Assembly (NCBI GenBank): GCA_963764165.1
Contig: CAVXRD010000002.1
Coordinates: forward strand, 1,216,001-1,280,000
DNA length: 64,000 nucleotides
Reading direction: 5' to 3'
Origin: an uncultured Verrucomicrobiae bacterium
GTDB taxonomy: Bacteria > Verrucomicrobiota > Verrucomicrobiia > Limisphaerales > Palsa-1400
This document shows, one piece after another, positions 57,385 to 64,000 of the stretch; positions within the stretch are counted from its first letter, which is position 1; every line of letters begins with the position of its first letter. The translations under genes were made by a program, and so were the position numbers. The notes under the pieces were generated by a model, which saw nothing but the letters and a program-made list of their open reading frames with translations, was not told the origin of the DNA and did no database searches.

Positions 57385-57590
57385 AATCACTGCATCTGCC
57401 CGCGGGCACATGAATCGTCCCACGTTTTCAAGAATCGTCAACCGCTGATCGCGAGAGCGTGGCGGCCTGTACTCACGCCTACTTGCGCGGCGCGCCGCCT
57501 GCATTGGCGGGCGCAGCACAAAATTTGGGTGGCGCCAAGCGCGCGAAACGAACTTGTGGAGGAACGGGTTTGGCCCCATTTTGGCGCTGC

Positions 57591-58385
57591 ATGAAATTTG
57601 CGTTCCAAGCAGTATTGCTCGCCGCCTCCGTTGCCGCCGCGGCCCTTGTCGGTTGCTCCACGGAGCCAAAGGTGCTTTACCACGCGGGTGATGAGAACCC
57701 GCCAGCCTTCGTCGCCGGGCCAATGGCGTTTGTTTGGACGAACGTGGACGGCTTTAGCGCGAAAATTACCGGCACGGTCACCGGCGGCGACGGCATCAAG
57801 CACACCGTCGCTGGCGATTTCCTGGGACGCGAAGGGTCCGTGATTTTTCAGCCTGCCAACAAGGTCAAGGGCCGGCGGGCGCGAAGCGAGGGCGGCACAT
57901 TCTTTATTTGGAGCGAGACGCGGCAGGAGGGTTATGTCTTGAGCGATCCGCTGCAGGCTTACGCCCCGGCCGCGACCAAAGCGCAGCCCACCAACGTCGT
58001 CCTCAAAACCTCCACCGGGGCCGAGGAATTTGTGAACAGCCACCGCTGCCGCCGCCAGGATGTGGTGGTGGAATCCTCCGACGGGTCGAAAACGCAGGGC
58101 ACCATTTGGGAAGCGGAAGACGCGCGCCATTTCCCGGTGCGCATTGTGGCAGGCGAAGGCCCGGGCGCGATGGAGATTGATTTGTCAAACATCCGCCTCG
58201 AATTGCCGCAGCCGCAATTGTTCGCCCCGCCGGATGGCTTCACCAAATACGGCTCGCCGGTGGCGCTGATGAACGAATTAATCACCCGCCAAAGCGTTTT
58301 CGCCAAGAAGGATTTCACGCCCGTCGAAAACGATGCTCCCGCTGGCGCGCAATTGAACAACTGGCGCCCAACCACCCCGCAGTAA
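57591..58385 (+). CDS. Lipoprotein, DUF4412-like
   Basis: Lipobox LVG-C; G.EE.VNSH.C and LFAPPDGFTKY motifs. Confidence 0.72.
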   Translation: MKFAFQAVLLAASVAAAALVGCSTEPKVLYHAGDENPPAFVAGPMAFVWTNVDGFSAKITGTVTGGDGIKHTVAGDFLGREGSVIFQPANKVKGRRARSEGGTFFIWSETRQEGYVLSDPLQAYAPAATKAQPTNVVLKTSTGAEEFVNSHRCRRQDVVVESSDGSKTQGTIWEAEDARHFPVRIVAGEGPGAMEIDLSNIRLELPQPQLFAPPDGFTKYGSPVALMNELITRQSVFAKKDFTPVENDAPAGAQLNNWRPTTPQ

Positions 58386-58413
58386 GGCATCACTTGCAAA
58401 ACAAGTTGGGCCA

Positions 58414-59199
58414 CTACTTTTCAGGGTGGGTCTTGCTTGCCCGATCGTGCAAGTAATCGCTGAGAGTCTTTGATAATGTGACGAAATCCGATGGGATCAT
58501 AATCACTGTCGTGCTGTTGTTCTCCGCGCCTACTTCGGAAATCATTTGGAATCGGCGCAGCTCCAGGGCCGCGGGATTGCCCGCCATTTGCTCCGCCGCC
58601 ATCGACAGTTTTTGGGAGGCCTCCAACTCGGCTTCCGCTTTGATTATGCGCGCCCGCTTTTCGCGGATCGCTTCGGCCTGCATCGCCATGACTTGCTGCA
58701 TGGCTTCAGGCAGCTCCACGTCCTTCATTTCGAAACGCTCCACTTCCAGTCCCCAGCGAGTCGTGGAGCCGGCAATGCTCTCGCGCAATAAGCCATTGAT
58801 CTTGTTTCGCTCCTGCAAGACTTCGTCCAGGTCGTGCTGGCCGATGATATTGCGCAAGCTTGTCAGCGCCAGTTGATAGACCGCTCCCTGGGCGTCGGCC
58901 ACCTCAATGACCGCTTTGGCGGCATCGACGATGCGATACCACAGCACCGCGTTCACTTTGATCGTCACACTATCGCGAGTGATGGTTTCCTGCTGCTCGG
59001 CGGATATGGTGCGCGTGCGAATGTCGATGGTAATCGACCGCTCAATGCCAAGGGGCAAAATCCAATACAAGCCCGGGCCGCGCAGACCCATGTAACGCCC
59101 CAATCGAAACACCACCCCTCGCTGATACTCCTGCGCGATGCGAATCCCCGTAATGAAAACAACTGCGCCGACCACCAGAATGAGCAAAATCAACGGCAT
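58414..59199 (-). CDS. SPFH/stomatin (slipin) family protein
   Basis: EYQRGVVFRLGR, GPGL, ITRD.V and AEAIREKRA motifs. Confidence 0.92.
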   Translation of the reverse strand: MPLILLILVVGAVVFITGIRIAQEYQRGVVFRLGRYMGLRGPGLYWILPLGIERSITIDIRTRTISAEQQETITRDSVTIKVNAVLWYRIVDAAKAVIEVADAQGAVYQLALTSLRNIIGQHDLDEVLQERNKINGLLRESIAGSTTRWGLEVERFEMKDVELPEAMQQVMAMQAEAIREKRARIIKAEAELEASQKLSMAAEQMAGNPAALELRRFQMISEVGAENNSTTVIMIPSDFVTLSKTLSDYLHDRASKTHPEK

Positions 59200-59353
59200 A
59201 AGGCAAAGAGGCTAATTTTCGGGAAGCCGATTGGCAATGATGTTTTTGACACGCTTTGATTGCGAGCCGCGCTTATTTAAGCTCAATCAATTGTATTACT
59301 AGTAAAACCTTTTACTTGATCTAACACTATTTTTGCGGTACAAAAGCCAGAAT

Positions 59354-61675
59354 ATGATGAGAATTGGAAAACTTGCTCCACGGGCTGTCGCAACAAGCTG
59401 CAGGAATGACACGATCGATCCCCGGTTTGGCGAGGCGCCTGTTGGCATGGCTCTTTGCTATTTGTTAATTGGTGGGATTTCGGCCTTCGCGTTCGACACG
59501 GAGCCGCCCGCTCCGCCGGTGGCCGCAACGAACACAACACCTGCCTCCGTTGGGACAAACAGCGCGGTTGGCGGGACAAATTCCCCGACACAGCTTGAAA
59601 CCGTGGTTGTAACCGCGGATTTGGACGCCGCCCGCGAGCAAATCGCCCCCAGCCTGGGCGCCGTCGCTTATACGATCAGCCCCGACCAGATTCTGACCAT
59701 GGGCCAGGGCGAAAGCTCGTCCTTTCAACAGGTGCTTTTGCAAGCGCCGGGCGTTGTCCAGGAAGAGTTCGGAGAAATCCATGTGCGCGGCGATCACGGC
59801 GACATTCAATACCGCGTCAATGGTGTATTGCTGCCCGAGAGCCTGAATGGGTTTGGGCAGGAAATCGACACTCACCTGATCCACTCGGTCACGCTGATCA
59901 CGGGAACGATGCCAGCCCAGTTTGGGGACCGCACCGCCGGGATTATTGATGTCACCACCAAAACGGGTTATCAACTCAACGGGACTGAGCTTTCGCTTTA
60001 CGGCGGCGGTTACGATACCTTCAATCCATCCTTCCAATGGGGCGGCACGACGAGCCATTGGGATTACTTTGTCACCGCTTCCTATTTGCACGACAACCAC
60101 GGCATCGACAACACGACGGCCAGCCCGACGCCCCTGCATGATGCGACGGACCAGGAGAAACTGTTTGGTTACTTCTCCCATCACTTCGATCAAACCAGCC
60201 GGCTGACCTTGCTCATGAGCAGTTCCGACGCGGGTTTTCAAATTCCCGACACGGCGGGGGTTCTGCCGATCTATCAATTGGCGAACAGTCCCGCCGCCAA
60301 TTCGTCCACGGCCAACAATTACCAAACAGAGCAGAATTATTACGCGGTGCTTTCCTATCAGAAATCAGCGGGCAATTTCTTGTCCCAAGTATCCATTCTG
60401 AGCCGATATGCGGACATCCGATTCACGCCTGACGAAACGCAAGGGCTTCTATTGGCCGGCAACGCGGCGCGAGTGGAAAATAGCGATTTGGCCAGCGGCC
60501 TCCAGGCGGACGCTTCTTGCCAGTTAGGCGATCATCACACGCTCCGCGCCGGGATGCTGGCCACGTATGACATCGAAAGACTTGACACAACTTCCGCTCT
60601 CTTTCCCTCCGCTTCACAATTCACGGCCAGCCCGACCACCGAGACCATACCCCTGCTCGGCGGCCCGGCCCCGCTTCCCGGCAACCCGCCGCAATCATCA
60701 CTCGCTCCATACACAATTACCGCCAACGGTGGAAACAGCGGGTTGACCGCCGGCCTTTACCTTCAGGACGAGTGGCGTTTGGCCGATCATTTCACGCTGA
60801 ATTACGGCGCGCGTTACGACATCTTTGATGTCTCCTTCGACAACGAGTGGCAAATCAGTCCACGGGTCAATCTCGTCTGGGAAATCAACAACGCCACCAC
60901 CGCCCACATCGGCTACGCGCGCTACTTCATGCCGCCCACGCTGCAGTATGTTCATCCGTCCACCGTCGAAGAATTTGAGCATACCACCGACGCTCCATTC
61001 AACTCCCGGGACGACCCGCAAAAAGTCGAGCGCGACAATTATTTTGACATGGGCCTCTCCCGGCAAATCACCCCGGCCTGGCAGATCACTGGAGACACGT
61101 TTTGCAAGCGGGCCAAAAACCTGCTCGACGACGGCCAGTTCGGCAGCGCGGTCATTCTCGACAATTTTAATTACACGTCCGGCACGGTATATGGCGGGGA
61201 GTTGGGCAGCGCTTACAAGAAAGGCCCCTTCACCGCCTACGGGAATTATTCCTACGTGCAAACCTGGGTGCGGGACATTGACTCGGTTGAAAACGAATTT
61301 CCGAACAACGAGTTGGGATACCTGACCACGAACCACATGCAACTGGACCACCAGGGGCGCTTCACCGGCTCCGGTGGTGTGTCTTATGATCTGCTCAAAA
61401 ACCTCCGGTTCCACGCGGACTTCCTCTACGGCTCCGGCCTGCGGGCGGGTTTTGCCAACACGGTCGAATTAAGCCCTTATTGCCCGGTCAACGTGGGCTT
61501 GGAATACACATGGAAAATGCGCGCCATTGGCATCAGCCAAATCAAGCTCCGTTTCGATTGCCTGAATATCATGGACGAACCTTACGAATTGCGCAACGGC
61601 ACCGGCGTTGGCATCGCCGCCCCCGCCTACGGCCCGCGCCGCGCCCTTTACGGTGGTATCACAGCGGCCTTCTGA
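59354..61675 (+). CDS. TonB-dependent receptor
   Basis: ETVVVTA TonB box, APGV, HVRG plug, YLQDEW, C-terminal Phe. Start is uncertain. Confidence 0.9.
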   Translation: MMRIGKLAPRAVATSCRNDTIDPRFGEAPVGMALCYLLIGGISAFAFDTEPPAPPVAATNTTPASVGTNSAVGGTNSPTQLETVVVTADLDAAREQIAPSLGAVAYTISPDQILTMGQGESSSFQQVLLQAPGVVQEEFGEIHVRGDHGDIQYRVNGVLLPESLNGFGQEIDTHLIHSVTLITGTMPAQFGDRTAGIIDVTTKTGYQLNGTELSLYGGGYDTFNPSFQWGGTTSHWDYFVTASYLHDNHGIDNTTASPTPLHDATDQEKLFGYFSHHFDQTSRLTLLMSSSDAGFQIPDTAGVLPIYQLANSPAANSSTANNYQTEQNYYAVLSYQKSAGNFLSQVSILSRYADIRFTPDETQGLLLAGNAARVENSDLASGLQADASCQLGDHHTLRAGMLATYDIERLDTTSALFPSASQFTASPTTETIPLLGGPAPLPGNPPQSSLAPYTITANGGNSGLTAGLYLQDEWRLADHFTLNYGARYDIFDVSFDNEWQISPRVNLVWEINNATTAHIGYARYFMPPTLQYVHPSTVEEFEHTTDAPFNSRDDPQKVERDNYFDMGLSRQITPAWQITGDTFCKRAKNLLDDGQFGSAVILDNFNYTSGTVYGGELGSAYKKGPFTAYGNYSYVQTWVRDIDSVENEFPNNELGYLTTNHMQLDHQGRFTGSGGVSYDLLKNLRFHADFLYGSGLRAGFANTVELSPYCPVNVGLEYTWKMRAIGISQIKLRFDCLNIMDEPYELRNGTGVGIAAPAYGPRRALYGGITAAF

Positions 61676-61868
61676 CGCTATGGCGGAAGGATGGGACGAG
61701 GGAACCTCTGTCGTGCATTTCTTGCGCGACCTCGCGCAACAGTTGCGCCTCCAAATTCTGACTGCAAGGACGTTGCCCGGCAAAACGGCTGCTTGTCTGG
61801 TTGGCATGCCAAATGCATCCACTTCGATTCGCTTTAACCAATCAAATAAATAAGGGAAAGGCCAAAAC

Positions 61869-62327
61869 ATGATAACAAAAATCAACAGAGCAAAAAAGGT
61901 TCGGAAGTATTCCTGGAGCCGGCGCGGTTTCACATTAGTGGAGTTGTTGCTAGTATTGACCATCTTGGCAATTCTCGCTGCCATCGTGCTACCGAACTTG
62001 ACACATCGCGCTTCGCAGGCCCGGCTGGCGGCCGCCAAATCGGATATTGCCGCTTTCGACACCGCGATTGACATGTTCGAGGTCGACAATGGTTATTTTC
62101 CCAAAGGCGCCGGCGCTTTGCAGTCGTTGATGATCAAGCCGCGCGACGCAAAGGCAACGTGGAAGGGCCCCTATTTGAAAAAGAATAAAATTCCACTCGA
62201 CCCATGGGGTCGGCCATATGTGTATGAAACCCCGGGCAAGCACAATCCCGCGAGTTACGATGTTTACTCCATGGGCGAAGACGGCGCTGGCGGCAATAGC
62301 GCCATCGGCAACTGGATCGCCGATTGA
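61869..62327 (+). CDS. gspG: Type II secretion major pseudopilin GspG
   Basis: GFTLVELL prepilin site; WKGPYL, DPWG.PY and DVYS.G.DG motifs. Confidence 0.92.
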   Translation: MITKINRAKKVRKYSWSRRGFTLVELLLVLTILAILAAIVLPNLTHRASQARLAAAKSDIAAFDTAIDMFEVDNGYFPKGAGALQSLMIKPRDAKATWKGPYLKKNKIPLDPWGRPYVYETPGKHNPASYDVYSMGEDGAGGNSAIGNWIAD

Positions 62328-62575
62328 TTGACTGATGACCTAAGAAAGGGAGCAGTAAAAAAAGAATTTGAACTGGAGACCGAGAGCCGGAGAAAAAAAT
62401 CGTTGCCTGGCAGCGAAATTTTTCTTCCGCGCTCTCGCTTTTTCTCCTGTTCAAATTTTTGTTTGCGAATGAGTGGGATGCTTTACAACGGCGTCCGTGG
62501 TCGTTACAATGGCGCGGCCTGCGGGGAAACTACTTATGCCACAGGTGAGTCAACGTGAAGAAGAAAGCAGAACTT

Positions 62576-62701
62576 ATGGGAGACAGATCACCAAAAGCCA
62601 ATCAGAAGAAATCCACGCAGAAACAATCCAAAGTCCAGAGCGCGGATCAAAAGAAGAAGCAGGCCGAATTTGCGAAGCAGTCTGCCAACAAAAAGAAGTA
62701 A
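62576..62701 (+). CDS. 41-aa Lys/Gln-rich small protein (below the ORF-track cutoff)
   Basis: MGDRSPKANQKKSTQKQSKVQSADQKKKQAEFAKQSANKKK; purine-rich GAAAG RBS-like segment upstream. Confidence 0.65.
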   Translation: MGDRSPKANQKKSTQKQSKVQSADQKKKQAEFAKQSANKKK

Positions 62702-62737
62702 TCATCAGGCAAACTGAGCGGTCAACCGGCTGGATCG

Positions 62738-64000
62738 CTATTTCTTTTCAGAGGCGCTGCGGTTCAACTCCTTTTGCGCCAGACTGGCGAGGTCTCCCAA
62801 TCGCTGCAACATCGGTTCCGAAAAGTCTCTAGGGCGCGTGTCGATCATGCACAGCGTGCCCAGGCAACTGCCGTCCTCATGGAAGACGGGAAAGCCGCAA
62901 TACGCGCGAATGCGCGGTCCGGAGGTCACCAGCGGATTGTCCGCGAACCGATGGTCGAGCAGTGTGTCCGAGACGACGATCGGTTTGCGCTCATGGACAA
63001 CGTGCGCGCAAAATGCCTGTTCGCGGGTGCCGTCCTTGTTTTCGCAGCCCACGGATGATTTGAACCACTGCCGGTCCTCGTCAATCAAAGTGAGCGTGGC
63101 GATGGGCACCTTTCCCAGCAGCATCGCGAGGCGTGTGATTTGATCAAATCTGTCCTCGGGCGGCGTGTCAAGAATCGCCAGGGAACGAAGCGCAGCCAGG
63201 CGGCGGGATTCGTCGGGAGGCACCGCCGCGCGAACCCATCGGCACCGCGAGCGCATCAGCCAGGCCTGCAAATGGGCGCGCGCGTATTGCTCCGAAAACG
63301 GCTTGATGAGCCAGCTCGAAACACCGGCCAGCCGGCCCTCATCCGGTTTTTCCTTGTCCGCAATGATCACCACCGGGATATCGTGAAGGCGCGCGCCAGG
63401 CTCCAGCCGGAGTCGTTTGCACAAATCAAAGCCGCCCAAACCCGGGAGGTTTTCCTCCGCCACAATGAGAGTCGGAGGCGCGTTTCGCGCCAATGCCAAA
63501 AGCGATTCCCCGTCGACGGCCTGGCAGAATCGCACATGATCCGCCTGCACCGCGCCGGCCACCAGTGAATCCAGTTTCTTGTCCGCAATCCCGGCCAGGA
63601 CGACGACGTCCTTCACCGCCGGAGCGGCTGCCGGCCACTGGATGCCCTTGCGCGGCCCGGAATTTTCCGCGCCGCGAAATTCAATCATCTGCTGTTCCGC
63701 GGCGGGGAAGACCGTCAATTCCGATTGGGCGGCGGCCAGGCGCTGGCGGATGCCCAGGGCAATCACATCCAGCTCATCGTCGGAGCGCATGGGGTCGTGG
63801 TGCGTGAAGGCCACTTGCTTGACACCGGCGAGCTGCGCGATTTCCACCACATACTCCATTGTGCTATGGCCCCAGCCGCGCTTTTTTTCGTATTCCGAAT
63901 CGACGAATTGGGCGTCGTGGATCAGCAAGTCCGCCCCCTTCAAAAACGAGGCATGACGCTGGTCCCCTTCGTCGGGGTCCGCCGTCACGCCGATCTTGCG
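62738..64000 (-). CDS. MBL-fold hydrolase fused to receiver-like and GAF domains (5' end outside window)
   Basis: ADLLIHDAQF, GWGHS and THHDP (MBL); REC-like middle with LIKPF; E.RRLAAL...FCAH...NPLV...IRAYCG.P (GAF). Confidence 0.85.
   Translation of the reverse strand, partial: RKIGVTADPDEGDQRHASFLKGADLLIHDAQFVDSEYEKKRGWGHSTMEYVVEIAQLAGVKQVAFTHHDPMRSDDELDVIALGIRQRLAAAQSELTVFPAAEQQMIEFRGAENSGPRKGIQWPAAAPAVKDVVVLAGIADKKLDSLVAGAVQADHVRFCQAVDGESLLALARNAPPTLIVAEENLPGLGGFDLCKRLRLEPGARLHDIPVVIIADKEKPDEGRLAGVSSWLIKPFSEQYARAHLQAWLMRSRCRWVRAAVPPDESRRLAALRSLAILDTPPEDRFDQITRLAMLLGKVPIATLTLIDEDRQWFKSSVGCENKDGTREQAFCAHVVHERKPIVVSDTLLDHRFADNPLVTSGPRIRAYCGFPVFHEDGSCLGTLCMIDTRPRDFSEPMLQRLGDLASLAQKELNRSASEKK

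Overview
GC-rich bacterial chromosome segment. Gene families (ECF sigma factor with a long C-terminal extension, CFI-box membrane protein, ABC-2 permease type, double-length NDK) suggest Verrucomicrobiota/PVC; this is an inference. Core content: tRNA-Thr-tuf-tRNA-Trp-tRNA-Ser-secE (tuf carries a 1-nt frameshift as written), thiL-tsaE-tsaB, class I fba, zwf, GH15, tatAAC, speA, rnpB, rpsA, lptF/G and gspG. The intergenic DNA is dense with repeats. The main signal is a GTAG-type REP (GGTAG-GGACGCCTCG-C-CGAGGCGTCC) present as four inverted doublets, three of which are interrupted by insertion sequences. Two identical IS1182 copies sit at the same base of the hairpin apex. One IS110 (IS621-like) element sits at the CT/AG core of the GTAG foot. 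The 227-nt non-coding end of this IS110 can be read as a complete bridge RNA: four guide segments match the REP target and the element's own circular junction, and a sigma70 promoter forms only on circularisation. Other accessory features are a Septu-like ATPase+HNH pair and an AbiE toxin-antitoxin pair separated by a diverged copy of the lptF 3' end, a vapBC pair, a 280-bp MITE with an 8-bp target duplication inside a TGTGACGG array, and several unexplained dispersed repeats. No CRISPR, rRNA, integrase or reverse transcriptase was seen.
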